Part shown: positions 40,948-51,824 of the stretch, one piece after another
How positions within the stretch are numbered: position 1 is the stretch's first letter
Layout: each line of letters opens with the position of its first letter
NCBI GenBank assembly: GCA_963729605.1
Contig: CAVSNY010000007.1
Coordinates: 288,001-352,000 of the forward strand
Direction of reading: 5' to 3'
From: an uncultured Gammaproteobacteria bacterium
Lineage (GTDB): Bacteria > Pseudomonadota > Gammaproteobacteria > DRLM01
Length of the DNA stretch: 64,000 nucleotides
Position numbers and translations under genes: made by a program
The notes under the pieces: generated by a model
What the model was told of the DNA's origin: nothing
What the model saw: the letters and a program-made list of their open reading frames with translations, nothing else
Database searches by the model: none

Positions 40948-41823
40948 CTAAGCGTATTCGCCGATGAAGTTGAGATCGGTGTGGCCGCATTTGCGGCCGG
41001 CCAGACGGCAGGCGGTTTCCAGTGCCTCGGCGAGCGTCAGACGGCGGACGAGGGCGTCGATGATGCCGGCGTTGAAGGTGTCGCCCGCGCCCAGGGTGTC
41101 GACGACCCGCGGCGGTGGAAAGGCCGGGCTGTGGATTAATTGGCCCCCGCGACTGAGGGCCCAGGCGCCGGCCGCGCCCCAGGCCAGGACCAGGTCGGCC
41201 TGCGGCGCGCGGCGGTGCATGTCGTGTAGAAACCGCGCGGGTTCTCCGCCGGCTTGGGCTTGCACGTAGGCGCGGGAGAACAAGAGGAGGGTGGCCAGCG
41301 GGAAGAGTTGTTCGATGCCGGGACGCGGTTTTTCGATCTCCACCGAGCGCGGGGTTTGCGGGCGGGTGACGCGGGCCAGTTCGAGCATGCGGGCGGTGTC
41401 GGCGATGTTGCGGCCTTCGAAATGCAGCCAATCGAAGCCGGCGAGATCGACGGTTTGAAAATCTTCGTAGCGGTATTCCGGCAAATCGCGGTAGTGCACG
41501 ATGGTGCGCGAGCCGTTTTGTTGATTCAGCGTGATGTAGGAGGTGGGGACTTTGCCGTGGGCGAGGCGTCGCACCGGGCCGAGGTCGATGCCGAAGCCGT
41601 TCAAGTCGTCGGTGATGCGCGTGGCGTCGGACTCGTCGGCCAGCACGCCGCCCCAGGCACAGTCATGGCCGAGCTGGCTGAGCACCACCAGGCTGTTGGT
41701 GCAGTTGCCGCCGCGGCGCACGCGCTGCGCCAGGGCGCGCACCTCGGTGTCCTCCGGCGGGTAGGCGGCGACGGTGTTGATGATGTCGAGAGTGGCGATG
41801 CCGACGCCGAGGATGTGGGCCAT
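40948..41823 (-). CDS. PfkB-family kinase, ketohexokinase-like
   Basis: RGGNCTNS, WLHFEGRN, SVEIEKPR, VVDTLGAGDTFNAG. Confidence 0.9.
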   Translation of the reverse strand: MAHILGVGIATLDIINTVAAYPPEDTEVRALAQRVRRGGNCTNSLVVLSQLGHDCAWGGVLADESDATRITDDLNGFGIDLGPVRRLAHGKVPTSYITLNQQNGSRTIVHYRDLPEYRYEDFQTVDLAGFDWLHFEGRNIADTARMLELARVTRPQTPRSVEIEKPRPGIEQLFPLATLLLFSRAYVQAQAGGEPARFLHDMHRRAPQADLVLAWGAAGAWALSRGGQLIHSPAFPPPRVVDTLGAGDTFNAGIIDALVRRLTLAEALETACRLAGRKCGHTDLNFIGEYA

Positions 41824-41826
41824 GGC

Positions 41827-42138
41827 TCAGTCGGGTTTCTTGGGCCTGTCCCGGCGCATGACGGCCAGGGGCATGACCGTGATATTGATGACGTTGAGGA
41901 TGATCCAGACCACGGCCATGTAAAAAAAATGTATCTTGTTGCCGGTGAAGTGGTACATCCCGAAAAACCAGATCACGTTCCAGGTGTGGAAGAAATACAG
42001 GATGGCGAGCGGGATGGGGTAGGCGCAGAGTTTGGCGCCGCAGTCGGAACAGTAGATGTTTTGCCACAGACCGGTCAGGAATTTCTCCTTTACTGAAATG
42101 GTCATCTCATTGCAGCGCGGGCATTGATAAGTTGACAT
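41827..42138 (-). CDS. Zinc-ribbon membrane protein
   Basis: CPRC...CSDC followed by 2 TM helices. Confidence 0.75.
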   Translation of the reverse strand: MSTYQCPRCNEMTISVKEKFLTGLWQNIYCSDCGAKLCAYPIPLAILYFFHTWNVIWFFGMYHFTGNKIHFFYMAVVWIILNVINITVMPLAVMRRDRPKKPD

Positions 42139-42260
42139 GGCGCGGGCCGGTCTCCGGGTAAAGTGCTAAAGACTAGCATACTGCGTTTCCGGCGTGGGGT
42201 GGCGCGGATAAACCTGTTAAAATGCCGCTCTACTTTCATAGTCGCGAGATGTAGCAAGCC

Positions 42261-42803
42261 ATGTTGCGCGTTCAACGCTGTTTATGGGTCGTACTGTTCA
42301 GTCTGGTGCTGGCGGCCTGCGATAAAAATACCCCTTTGATGGAGAAAGTGATAGCCGACGACCGGTCCGGGGCGGCCGTGCTGCTGGACGGCGGCGCGGC
42401 GGTGGATGAGCGCAATAATTACGGCTGGACCGCCTTGAGCCACGCCGCGCGGATGGGCCACACCGAATTGGCGGCGCTGTTGCTGGACCGCGGCGCGGAC
42501 GTGAATGCCAAGGACGATTCGGGCTGGACGCCCTTGATGCGGGCCGCCATGAAGGGGCATGCGTCTACCGTGGAGTTGTTGCTCGAACGCGGCGCGGTGG
42601 CCGATCAAGCCGACCGCAATGACTGGGCCGCGTTGCATTGGGCCACCTCGGGCGGCCACCGTGAGGTGGTGGTGGCATTGATGAAGCACGGCGCGAATAT
42701 CACGGCTCGCACCAAGGACGGCTGGACGCCGATGATGCTGGCCAGCAAAGAGAACTGGGAAGACATAGCGCAGCTGTTGCATCAGGCCGGCGCTAGAAAA
42801 TAG
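42261..42803 (+). CDS. Ankyrin-repeat lipoprotein
   Basis: LAAC lipobox; GWTALSHAA and GWTPLMRAA repeats; TGnTAAAAT extended -10 at 42215-42223. Confidence 0.9.
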   Translation: MLRVQRCLWVVLFSLVLAACDKNTPLMEKVIADDRSGAAVLLDGGAAVDERNNYGWTALSHAARMGHTELAALLLDRGADVNAKDDSGWTPLMRAAMKGHASTVELLLERGAVADQADRNDWAALHWATSGGHREVVVALMKHGANITARTKDGWTPMMLASKENWEDIAQLLHQAGARK

Positions 42804-42824
42804 CCGAAGACTAGGGAGTGAGAC

Positions 42825-43238
42825 ATGTCGATAAGTAAATTGATACAGGTGTTCATGCTGGCCCTGCTGGTGACGGCCTGCGGTGGAGGCGATAAGGGCG
42901 GGGTACCGGCGCCGATCGGCGATCAGGCGACCTTGGAGAAGCTGGCCGCCAGTTACGAGGCCATCGTCGAGAAGATGCCGGGCAATCCCTGGATGTTGCC
43001 GCCCAAGGATCGCAAGCGTTTCGTGGAGCAGGTATTCTCCGACAGCGGGTATCACTACGGCACGACCTTGCGCCAATTGGCGCAGGGCGGCTGGGAGACG
43101 CAGGATCAAAATTCCAAGGATTTGGTCGAGCTGGTGCTGATGCCGACCGCGAACCTGGGTCCGGATCAGACCATCGATGGGGTTTATAGCGAGGAGGAGT
43201 TGGCGGCGGTCCGCAAGCTCCAGGCGATATTGCGATAG
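42825..43238 (+). CDS. Hypothetical lipoprotein
   Basis: LVTAC lipobox and GGAG RBS. Confidence 0.8.
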   Translation: MSISKLIQVFMLALLVTACGGGDKGGVPAPIGDQATLEKLAASYEAIVEKMPGNPWMLPPKDRKRFVEQVFSDSGYHYGTTLRQLAQGGWETQDQNSKDLVELVLMPTANLGPDQTIDGVYSEEELAAVRKLQAILR

Positions 43239-43248
43239 GTGCGCCGCC

Positions 43249-43944
43249 ATGCCGCCGCTGATCCTGCGCCACGCCCACCCCTGGAACGTCAGCCCCGCCG
43301 AGGCCGTCGCCTTGCAGCAGCGTTTGCGCAACGAGGTGATCACCCACGATGAGCTGGGCAAGGTGCGGCGGGTGGCGGGGGTGGATGTGGGGTTCGAGGA
43401 ACAGGGACGGATTACCCGCGCCGCGGTGGTGGTGTTGTCTTTCCCTGACCTGGTGATGCGGGAACAGATCATCGCCCGCCGGCCCACCGAGTTTCCCTAC
43501 GTGCCGGGCCTGTTGTCGTTCCGCGAGGTGCCGGCGGCGCTGGAGGCCTTGGCGCAATTGGCGGAGTTGCCCGACCTGGTGTTGTGCGACGGCCACGGCA
43601 TCGCCCATCCCCGCCGGTTGGGCATCGCCTCCCATCTCGGGGTGTTGAGCGGATTACCGACCATCGGGGTGGCCAAGAGCCGCTTGGTGGGCGTGCACCC
43701 TCCGCTGGCGGAGGAAAAGGGCGCGGCGGTCGAATTGTATGATCGCCGTGAACTGGTGGGCAAGGTGCTGCGCACCCGCGGCCATGTGCGGCCGCTGTAT
43801 ATTTCATCCGGTCACCGGGTGAGTCTGGATACCGCCCTGGATTATGTGATGCGCTGCGTCACCCGTTATCGTCTACCTGAACCCACCCGTCAGGCCGACA
43901 AGCTGGCCTCGGCGGTGAGCCGCGCCAGACCCCGTGGCGCCTGA
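43249..43944 (+). CDS. nfi: Endonuclease V
   Basis: [47 protein letters not shown]. Confidence 0.96.
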   Translation: MPPLILRHAHPWNVSPAEAVALQQRLRNEVITHDELGKVRRVAGVDVGFEEQGRITRAAVVVLSFPDLVMREQIIARRPTEFPYVPGLLSFREVPAALEALAQLAELPDLVLCDGHGIAHPRRLGIASHLGVLSGLPTIGVAKSRLVGVHPPLAEEKGAAVELYDRRELVGKVLRTRGHVRPLYISSGHRVSLDTALDYVMRCVTRYRLPEPTRQADKLASAVSRARPRGA

Positions 43945-44030
43945 CGCGGTGATTTTCGAGGCGGGTTCGCGCCGTGCGCGGGCGCTGCGTGCGAACTTAA
44001 AATGGCGTGTCGTGAATCAACAATGGAAAT

Positions 44031-44060
44031 CTCCCTCCTCAAAAGAGGATGAGCGTGATG
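44031..44060. repeat. Degenerate half-copy of the CCCCTCCT...AGGAGGGG REP-like family
   Basis: CCCTCCTCAAAAGAGGATGAGCGTGATG resembles the reverse complement of 1887-1914. Confidence 0.45.
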
Positions 44061-44253
44061 AAGCAGTTTGATTTTTTCATCGCGGGGCAAATCGTCCAGG
44101 CATGGCGAAGCCCTGCACCGGGATGGCGCAAGGTGCTTAGACCGGACAGGCGCCGGTGATGTGTCGTTCCATGCCGCATGGAAGTAAGACATGAATTGCC
44201 GCCGTCATCCCGGTTCGACGGCCGCTGCATACGGGCATTAACAGAGTGATGTC

Positions 44254-45198
44254 ATGAAGTATTTTCTCGTTCGCGGCTGGATTTTCGGAGCGTTGGCGAG
44301 CCTCGGCGCGGCGGCGGCCTGGGCCGCGCCGGTTACCGAAGGCATGGTGCGGATTCCCGCCGGACCGTTTTTGATGGGCACCTCGCGCGACGATTCCCGC
44401 CAGCAGATACAGGAGTTCGGCGCGATCAAGCCTTGGTATGTCGACGAAAGGCCGCAGCGAAAAATTACTCTGCCGGCCTTTTGGATAGATCGATATGAAG
44501 TCACCAACGCGGAGTACCGCGAGTTTGTCCGGCAAACCAATTATTGGGTGCCGCCGTCGTGGCGCGACAACGGTTATTTATTGAATCCGGACCTCTTGCG
44601 GATGGCCGATCTGCCGACCCTGCGCCGGCTCGCCAGCGATACTTTTAAAATCGACGCCAACACCGAATTGATGGATAGCGAGGCGCTGTTGCGGGCCATT
44701 GCGCTGGCGCAAGCTAAGTTCGATTCCTTGCCGGTGACGATGGTGGATTGGGGCAACGCCAACGATTATTGCCGTTGGCGGGGCAAGCGTTTGCCCGCCG
44801 AGGCGGAGTGGGAAAAGGCGGCGCGCGGCGACGACGGCCGCGAATACCCCTGGGGTGATCAATGGGATTCGACGCGTTTGAACGCCAGCGGCGGCGATCG
44901 CTGGGACACCGGCACCGCGCCGGTGGGTTCCTATCCCAAGGGTGTTTCGCCCTATGGGGTATTCGATATGGCGGGCAACGTAATGGAGTGGGTGCAGGAT
45001 TGGTATGGACCCTATCCCGGCAATAAATATCAAACGTCCGCCTACGGCAAAAAATACAAGGTGGTGCGCGGCGGCGGCTGGGGCGGGATGGGACATTACA
45101 CGCTCGCCCAGTTTTATCGCAGCGCCTACCGACTTTACATGCAGCCGGGATCGCTGTTCGTCGATGTGGGTTTCCGCTGCGCCAAGGACGACGGCTGA
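44254..45198 (+). CDS. SUMF1/FGE-sulfatase domain secreted protein
   Basis: IPAGPFLMG, YEVTNAEY, RLPAEAEWEKAARG, DMAGNVMEW, GFRCA. Confidence 0.92.
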   Translation: MKYFLVRGWIFGALASLGAAAAWAAPVTEGMVRIPAGPFLMGTSRDDSRQQIQEFGAIKPWYVDERPQRKITLPAFWIDRYEVTNAEYREFVRQTNYWVPPSWRDNGYLLNPDLLRMADLPTLRRLASDTFKIDANTELMDSEALLRAIALAQAKFDSLPVTMVDWGNANDYCRWRGKRLPAEAEWEKAARGDDGREYPWGDQWDSTRLNASGGDRWDTGTAPVGSYPKGVSPYGVFDMAGNVMEWVQDWYGPYPGNKYQTSAYGKKYKVVRGGGWGGMGHYTLAQFYRSAYRLYMQPGSLFVDVGFRCAKDDG

Positions 45199-45342
45199 CG
45201 CTGAGGGGAATGTCGCGCGCGGGGTCTTGGCTCATGACGGGCGCGGCGACCGCCGCGTCGCCGAGCCTGTAAATATCCAATCACGCTTGAAACTCGGCGC
45301 GCCCGTATTGTGGTGCGCGCCAGCGCATTTTCAGCGGGCGGG

Positions 45343-46188
45343 TTAATCGTTCGCAGGGCGCGGCCAGCCGTGCAGATGGGCTTCGTCGCGGGCCTTGAGG
45401 CGATCGTCCCGCAGAGTCAACGCACGGCTGATTCGGTCGCGCAGAATCACCGCGTTATAGGGTTTGACCACGAAATCGTCGGCGCCCAAATTCTTGCAGC
45501 GTTCCAGGTTGACGTTGTCGCCCAAGGCCGAGACCATGATCACCGGCACATCGCGCCAGACTGGGCGGGCGCGAACGGCCTGCAACAACTCGCAGCCGTC
45601 CATGTTCGGCATCATGATGTCCAGCAAGATCAAATCGACGACGCGTTGTTCGAGCAGGGCGAGCGCCTCGCCGCCGCTGGCGGCGACCAGCGGCGTATGG
45701 CCGAGTTTCCTGACCCGCCGCGTCAACAAATCGCGATTGAATGCGTCGTCCTCCACGATCAAGATGCCGCGTGGCGGGTGCTCGGCCTCATCGATCTGCC
45801 GGCTTAATTTCAACTCGAAGAGACAGCGCCACATGCGGGCCTTGAGCAGAGGGAATTCGCAAGGTTTGACGATGTAATCGTAAGCCCCGAGGGTTTGGCA
45901 GCGATCGGCGCTGGATTTGTCATCGACGGCGCTGAACATGATGACCGCGGTGTCGTGCAGCCGCGAATCGTTTTTTATTTTAAGCAATACCTGATAACCA
46001 TCCATCCCCGGCATCATGATGTCGAGCAGGATCAAATCGTAGCGTTCCACTTCCAGCATGTTTAACGCTTGATGGCCGTCGGCGGCGTATTCGACGGTAT
46101 AACCTTCGCGCAGCAGCCGGCGGCTGAGGATGTCGCGATTGGATTCTTCATCGTCAACGATCAAGATGGATGTGTTGGTATGGCCCAT
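45343..46188 (-). CDS. Response regulator with two tandem receiver domains
   Basis: Two REC domains, each with DD, DIMMP and KP; no output domain. Confidence 0.88.
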   Translation of the reverse strand: MGHTNTSILIVDDEESNRDILSRRLLREGYTVEYAADGHQALNMLEVERYDLILLDIMMPGMDGYQVLLKIKNDSRLHDTAVIMFSAVDDKSSADRCQTLGAYDYIVKPCEFPLLKARMWRCLFELKLSRQIDEAEHPPRGILIVEDDAFNRDLLTRRVRKLGHTPLVAASGGEALALLEQRVVDLILLDIMMPNMDGCELLQAVRARPVWRDVPVIMVSALGDNVNLERCKNLGADDFVVKPYNAVILRDRISRALTLRDDRLKARDEAHLHGWPRPAND

Positions 46189-46369
46189 ACTATTTCTTAA
46201 TCAGGATTTCGGTCGGCATGGCGGCGGTCGTTGCTTGTATAGCGGCGGGGATCATGAAGAATTGATCGGCGGCCGACATAAATACTCAAGTAGGGTTTTT
46301 GACTTTTTTGCTCCGGATTGACGCGGCTCGTGCCCCGGGTCAGCGTAGTTTCTTTAGAAACGGGGGTTT

Positions 46370-47170
46370 ATGAATAAGGACATCTTTTCCGGCAAGACTT
46401 CGTTGAGGGTGCGGGCCTTGTTTTTGGGCGGACGGCTCGACCTCAAGGGTTTGGAATCGAGCCGCTTATTGCCGGCCTTGCCCCTGCTCATCAACGTGGG
46501 AGACCAAGGTTGCGCGGTGTTGTTCCGTTACGGCGCGGTGGTGGTGTTTAATCTCACGCCCATGGAAGAGCTGTCTTTTCTCACCCATCTTCAATCCTTG
46601 TTGCGCGATCCTTTCGACACGCCCGACAGTGAAATGGCGGAGTTGCTCATCAATCCGGCCACCGATGAACAAGTGGAGAACAGTGTCATCTCCGTCAAGG
46701 ATGCCCGCCTGGAACGTTTGCAGGTGGTGGCGGATATCCTGGCCAAGTCGGTGGTGTTGGATCATTACGAAAAACGGGTGGCCGGCGTGTTCGATCGCAT
46801 CGAACCGCTGGCGGAGCGCCTGCAACGCAAGGGGCGCACCGAATACCGCGATAGCGAGTTGTTGCGCCACATCGGCGGCACCTTGCTCATACAGCACACC
46901 ACCGTGGGCCGCGTCGAGGTGGATGAAAAACCGGAGACGCTGTGGGAGCGGCCGGATCTGGAACGGGTTTACGTGCGTCTCGAAGACGAGTACGAACTCA
47001 AGGAGCGTCATCTCGCGCTGGAACGCAAGCTGGAGTTGATCTCGCGCACCGCCGAGACCTTGCTCAATTTGCTGCAACACCGCCGCAGTCTGCGCGTCGA
47101 GTGGTATATCGTGATCCTGATCCTGTTCGATATCGTGCTCAATCTCTTCGATAAGTTTTTATTCCGCTAA
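46370..47170 (+). CDS. RMD1 family (DUF155) protein
   Basis: LFRYGAVV, LAKSVVLDHYE, EYELKER, LRVEWYIVILI. Confidence 0.9.
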   Translation: MNKDIFSGKTSLRVRALFLGGRLDLKGLESSRLLPALPLLINVGDQGCAVLFRYGAVVVFNLTPMEELSFLTHLQSLLRDPFDTPDSEMAELLINPATDEQVENSVISVKDARLERLQVVADILAKSVVLDHYEKRVAGVFDRIEPLAERLQRKGRTEYRDSELLRHIGGTLLIQHTTVGRVEVDEKPETLWERPDLERVYVRLEDEYELKERHLALERKLELISRTAETLLNLLQHRRSLRVEWYIVILILFDIVLNLFDKFLFR

Positions 47171-47505
47171 ACCGCCGCCGGGTATGCCCGGTTGAATTTG
47201 GCGGCGAGGATGAAATCGTTTTCGTGCAGGCCTTTTATCTTGTGGGTGTAGAGCGTCACGGTGCAGTAGCCCCAGCCGAAACCGATGTCGGGGTGATGGC
47301 CTTCGCTTTCCGCGATCCGCCCCAGCGCATTGACGAAGGCCAGCGCCTCGGCGAAATTCTTGAAGGGGTAAGTGCGTTGAATCCGGGTGGCGTCGTTCGT
47401 CAAGAGCCAGCCGGGGGTGTCGCGCAGCAGCGTCTCCGCCTGGGTGCGGTCCAGCGGGGCGATGCCGCCTTGGCAGGGCGTGCATTTTTTGTCCGATAAT
47501 GACAT
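47167..47505 (-). CDS. phhB: Pterin-4a-carbinolamine dehydratase
   Basis: CTPC, AESEGHHPDI, THKIKGLHENDFILAAK. Confidence 0.92.
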   Translation of the reverse strand: MSLSDKKCTPCQGGIAPLDRTQAETLLRDTPGWLLTNDATRIQRTYPFKNFAEALAFVNALGRIAESEGHHPDIGFGWGYCTVTLYTHKIKGLHENDFILAAKFNRAYPAAV

Positions 47506-47706
47506 GGCTGATTCTCCGGCGAAAATATAACAAAGGATGCCGCGCAAGCCCGCGGTACGGTGCGGTAGAGTATGCCAGGCCGCGGAGGGCGACGGCGCGC
47601 TTCATGGGCTACACTTGAAATAGTAGATGATTTTCCGGCGGCCGCCGCGGGCTGTGTTGTTCGTCCCGGCGCCGCGCCCTCGCCGTTCCGGGAACAGGAG
47701 GATTTT

Positions 47707-48300
47707 ATGCCTCAAGCTTACGCGTCTCTCACCCCGACTCGTTTATCGCCCCGCGTGACCTGCGCCAGGCCGGCGCTGCCGTCCAAACAGGTGACCGCCG
47801 ACAGTCCCGCCGTGGAGGTCATGACCGATTTGCAACGGGTGACGGCCGTCACCATCACGCCCGGCGCCAGCATCGATCTCGCCAATCAACGCATGATCGC
47901 CGGTGGCGTGCGGCTGCTGCTGGTGTTGGACGAAGAGAAAAACGTCATCGGTTTGATCACCGCCAGCGACATACTCGGCGAGAAACCGCTGCAACATCTG
48001 CGCAAGCGGGGCGGCACCTTCAACGATGTGCTGGTGCATGACATCATGACTCCGCAGGACCAGCTCGAGGTGTTGTTGCTGTACGACGTGCTCAATGCGC
48101 GGGTCGGCGATATCGTCGCCACCCTCACCCGCTTCGGCCGCCAGCACGCCTTGGTGGTGGAGCAGGATGGCCGCGACGGTGTGCAAAAACTGCGCGGTAT
48201 TTTTTCCGCCACGCAAATCGGCCGGCAACTGGGCACGGACGTGGTGACCACCGAGATCGCCACCACCTTCGCCGCGCTGGAGGCGGCATTGGGACCGTGA
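47707..48300 (+). CDS. CBS-domain protein
   Basis: DSPAVEVMTDL, GLITASDILGEKP; AGGAGG RBS. Confidence 0.88.
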   Translation: MPQAYASLTPTRLSPRVTCARPALPSKQVTADSPAVEVMTDLQRVTAVTITPGASIDLANQRMIAGGVRLLLVLDEEKNVIGLITASDILGEKPLQHLRKRGGTFNDVLVHDIMTPQDQLEVLLLYDVLNARVGDIVATLTRFGRQHALVVEQDGRDGVQKLRGIFSATQIGRQLGTDVVTTEIATTFAALEAALGP

Positions 48301-48380
48301 TTCGCGCGGCGTATTGACGGAACCGACGAGTGATCGAGAAAACCGGCGGGGCTGCCCGGCCCCGCCGGATAAGCATGGAA

Positions 48381-48538
48381 TTAAGTAAGCTCTGAATAAT
48401 TCCATCCTGGAATTTTCAGCGCGCGGGAAAGTGAAAATGTGATTTTCGCTCCCCTTCATTTTCAATGGCTGACGCCATCGAAAATGGCGGCACATCCGTG
48501 TGTCGCGGGAACCTCTGAATAAATCAGAGGTTCCTTAA
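48381..48538. mobile_element. IS5-like MITE (158 bp including TTAA target duplication)
   Basis: TTAA-GTAAGCTCTGA...TCAGAGGTTCC-TTAA; homologous to 59760-59914. Confidence 0.8.
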
Positions 48539-48783
48539 CTGAAAGAGTGCCGCCGCAAGATGGTGTAGAGCTGATCCTTCAGTAGGGCGCGGCGCCGTTT
48601 CAGTGTGCCGAAATAGTCGTCGGATACCGGCTGGCTTTGTTGTTCCAGACCGTAAATTTTCTTGTCCGTTTCGTCGTATTCGGCGAGTAATTGCATGAAG
48701 TGCGTGTCGTTATGTTTGAGGCGGGAAATTTCCGCGTTGAATTCGGGAAATTCCTGTTCGATATCGTGACGGATGCCGTACAT
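48535..48783 (-). CDS. YdcH family (DUF465) protein
   Basis: EFPEF...DTHFMQLLAEY...LKRRRALLKDQLY; GGAGG RBS. Confidence 0.9.
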   Translation of the reverse strand: MYGIRHDIEQEFPEFNAEISRLKHNDTHFMQLLAEYDETDKKIYGLEQQSQPVSDDYFGTLKRRRALLKDQLYTILRRHSFS

Positions 48784-49197
48784 GTAAGTCCTCCCGTTCT
48801 TGTTGAGGATTGAGGGCCCAACGGGATGGCTGGAGTCCGTGATAAAAATGTCATTACCGGGATCGCAGCCAAGGACGTTTAGCCTGGCACGGGCGCCGCC
48901 GGCAAGTCAACCATCCCCCGCGCCGTGATATTTATCGCCTGAATTTTTAGAGGCCAAAACAAAAATCGTGATTTTAATTTTTCTCCAGTTTCCAATTACT
49001 TTCATGCTTGAAACGGTATGCGTCGCCAAGTGGAATAAAAAAATTTGGGATAAATAAATATCGCGGTTTGTAGGGAATGCAAGCTCGCTTTTATCAGTGA
49101 GCGATTGGGTCAAGCCCCGCCCTCTATTTTCTCGCGGGCTCGGGCCAAGCATGGCGGGCAATCATGAGTTTGGTTTTGACGCGATGCTGCTCACGGA

Positions 49198-49953
49198 TCA
49201 ATCGGCGCGTACATCGCGGAGCCGGTACCAGCCCAGCCCGACGAATTCGTGGAGGGCCAGCCGCGTAATGTATAAGGCGCGGGCGCTGGGCAGCCAGGCC
49301 TGCGGTTTTTTCAAATCGATGGTGGCGAAGCCGGTGGGCGCCGGGGTGACGATGAGTCCAGTGCCCGCGAAGCTCCGCATCGCGCGGGGCATATGCCAGG
49401 CGTGGGTCACGAGATAGATGTGTTGTATGCCGCGTTCGCGCAGCAAGGCTGCGCTGTTCACCGCGTTCTCCCACGTGGTGTCGCTGTGTTCTTCCGTTAG
49501 CAACACGGGAGTTTGGAAATCATTCACCGCCGCCTCCTTCAGCAAGACGGCTTCCGCGGGGGTGCGTCGATCGGGCGATCCGCCCGACATGATCAGCGGC
49601 AAGGCGGTTTGGCGGTGCAGATGCACGCCGTAACGCAGGCGTTCCAAGGCGAGGGGCGACAGGGTGTCGCCGCCGTATTCCGGCGCATCGAGGTAGCGAC
49701 CGCCGCCGAGCACCACGATGGCCTGCGCCTCGCCTCGCGCCAAGTCGGCGGGGGCGAGGGCGGGATAGGTTTGCAGCAAGCCCATGAGCGCCGTGGCGGC
49801 CGCCGGCAGGCTGGACAGATAAAGCAGGATCAGCGCGCCGGCGATCAGCCGGGTGCCCGCGCGTGGCCGGCGGCGTATCAGCCACAGGCCCGCTGCGGCG
49901 ATGATCAAAATGACGCCGGGCGGAAACAGCAGGGCTTCGATGAGCGATTTCAT
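49198..49953 (-). CDS. YdcF/ElyC family (DUF218) protein
   Basis: AIVVLGGG, SDTTWENA, LVTHAWHMPRA. Confidence 0.92.
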   Translation of the reverse strand: MKSLIEALLFPPGVILIIAAAGLWLIRRRPRAGTRLIAGALILLYLSSLPAAATALMGLLQTYPALAPADLARGEAQAIVVLGGGRYLDAPEYGGDTLSPLALERLRYGVHLHRQTALPLIMSGGSPDRRTPAEAVLLKEAAVNDFQTPVLLTEEHSDTTWENAVNSAALLRERGIQHIYLVTHAWHMPRAMRSFAGTGLIVTPAPTGFATIDLKKPQAWLPSARALYITRLALHEFVGLGWYRLRDVRAD

Positions 49954-49995
49954 GACGCGCGCCGGAAGATCGCGGCCGGCGCCGCGGGGGAATAT

Positions 49996-50352
49996 TTAGC
50001 CGGTTTTCTCGAAGAAACGGTAATTCCACGGCTCGTTGCGCTGGTCCGCGGGGGTGGTTTGCAACTGGTCACGCCGGTCTTCCTGCACGCGCAATTGATT
50101 TTGCTCGGCGAATTGTAGAACGAAATCGAACATCTGGGGGTCTTGCCGTTGCAGATCTTTCGCTACCACCAGGCATTTGGCGCCGCCGATCACGCAGGGA
50201 TAGAGCGCGGGGGAATAACGCAGACGGCGGTCGCGGCCGTAATCCGCCCACAAGGTGGCGAGGCGTTCTATCCAATCGCCGGGGCGGAATTGTTTATTGC
50301 TGAGGGTGACGCCTTCGATGATGAGGCGGTCTTGGCGGTCCTCGCGGTGCAT
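49996..50352 (-). CDS. DUF3579 domain protein
   Basis: IIEGVT...FRPGDWIERL...FVLQFAEQNQL. Confidence 0.85.
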   Translation of the reverse strand: MHREDRQDRLIIEGVTLSNKQFRPGDWIERLATLWADYGRDRRLRYSPALYPCVIGGAKCLVVAKDLQRQDPQMFDFVLQFAEQNQLRVQEDRRDQLQTTPADQRNEPWNYRFFEKTG

Positions 50353-50406
50353 GGCGGTGGTCCTGTGGTTGAAGGGTGTCGCGGTATCGGGTCGGGGTTG
50401 ACGGTC

Positions 50407-51657
50407 TCAACCCAGCGTATCGTCCCCGGGCAGGCCTTCTTGAATCCCCTCGGCGCGGAGGGCCTTGATGCGTTCGCGGCGTATGGTCTGGATCAACGCG
50501 TCGCCCTTGAGACCGGATGCCGCCAGCGCGCCGGCGTCCACCCGCATGGCGGCCTGACGCAGGCGGCGCAGCAGTGCGGCTTGCGGATAAGGCCGCTTTT
50601 CGAATCCCGGCCGGCCGGTGGAATCCGCCTCGCACGCCAATAAGAATAGCTCAAAGCGATCCGGACGGCGCAGGGCGTCCAGCGCCTGCAATAGGTCGAG
50701 GGCGGTGGCGGGACGCAGTTCGGCGGCGCGGTGGCAGACCCCGTGGTACTTGGCCACCAGCAAGGCCAGTTCGCGATACTCGTTGGGGATACGGAAACGC
50801 TGGCAGAGGGCCTCGATCAAGGCCAGGCCGCGCGCCTCGTGGGCGATGTGGCGCGGCCATTCCTCCGGCGGCGTGGTGCCTTTGCCGAGGTCGTGCAGCA
50901 GCGCGGCGAAGCGCACCCGGGTATCGTCGGAAAGCTCGGCGGCGCGGTCGAGCACCTGCATCACGTGGATGCCGGTGTCGATCTCCGGGTGATGCTGGCG
51001 CGGCTGCGGCACGCCGAACAGCTGGTCGAGTTCGGGAAACAGCCGCCGCAGGGCGCCGCAGGCGCGCAGCACCTCGAAGAACTGCGCGGGCCGTTGCTCG
51101 GCGAGGGCGCGGACCAGTTCGGCCCACACCCGCTCCGGCACCAGCGCGTCCACCTCGCCGGCCGCCACCATCCCGCGCATCAAGTCCAGGGTTTCGTCCG
51201 CGATCTCGAAACCCAGCGGCGCGAAGCGGGCGGCGAAACGCGCCACCCGCAGGATACGCACCGGGTCTTCGCTGAAGGCGGGCGAGACGTGGCGCAGCCT
51301 GCGTTGCGCGAGATCGGCCGCGCCGTTGAAGGGGTCGATGAGCGCGCCGTCGGCGGTGCGCGCCATGGCGTTGATGGTGAGGTCGCGGCGGCGCAGATCG
51401 TCTTCCAACGTCACGTCCGGCGCGGCGTGTACGGTGAAGCCTTTATAACCCGGCCCGGTCTTGCGCTCGGTGCGGGCCAGGGCGTATTCCTCCTGGGTTT
51501 TGGGATGGAGGAACACCGGGAAATCCTTGCCCACTTGGCGGTAACCCAGCGCCTCCATTTCCTGCGGCCTGGCGCCGACCACCACCCAGTCGCGGTCGCT
51601 GACCGGCAGGCCGAGCAGGTCGTCTCTTACCGAGCCGCCGACTTGAAAAATGTCCAC
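50407..51657 (-). CDS. cca: Multifunctional CCA-adding enzyme
   Basis: [33 protein letters not shown] domain (HPEIDTG, LLHDLGK); GTG start. Confidence 0.96.
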   Translation of the reverse strand: MDIFQVGGSVRDDLLGLPVSDRDWVVVGARPQEMEALGYRQVGKDFPVFLHPKTQEEYALARTERKTGPGYKGFTVHAAPDVTLEDDLRRRDLTINAMARTADGALIDPFNGAADLAQRRLRHVSPAFSEDPVRILRVARFAARFAPLGFEIADETLDLMRGMVAAGEVDALVPERVWAELVRALAEQRPAQFFEVLRACGALRRLFPELDQLFGVPQPRQHHPEIDTGIHVMQVLDRAAELSDDTRVRFAALLHDLGKGTTPPEEWPRHIAHEARGLALIEALCQRFRIPNEYRELALLVAKYHGVCHRAAELRPATALDLLQALDALRRPDRFELFLLACEADSTGRPGFEKRPYPQAALLRRLRQAAMRVDAGALAASGLKGDALIQTIRRERIKALRAEGIQEGLPGDDTLG

Positions 51658-51708
51658 CAGACTCCCCCCGCTGAGGCGGCGCGGCCGCCGGTGAATAAAT
51701 TGGTTTTG

Positions 51709-51784
51709 AACCGCCAAGGCATCAAGGACGCCAAGAAAAGTCGCTTGAAGAAAAAATCTTGGCGCTCTTGGCGTCTCGGCGGCT
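51709..51784. repeat. CCGCCAAG/CTTGGCG palindromic repeat
   Basis: ACCGCCAAGGCATCAAGGACGCCAAGA...TCTTGGCGCTCTTGGCGTCTCGGCGG. Confidence 0.7.
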
Positions 51785-51824
51785 AAGACATTTTTCAGCG
51801 TTCATCATGCTGATGGATGCCGTA

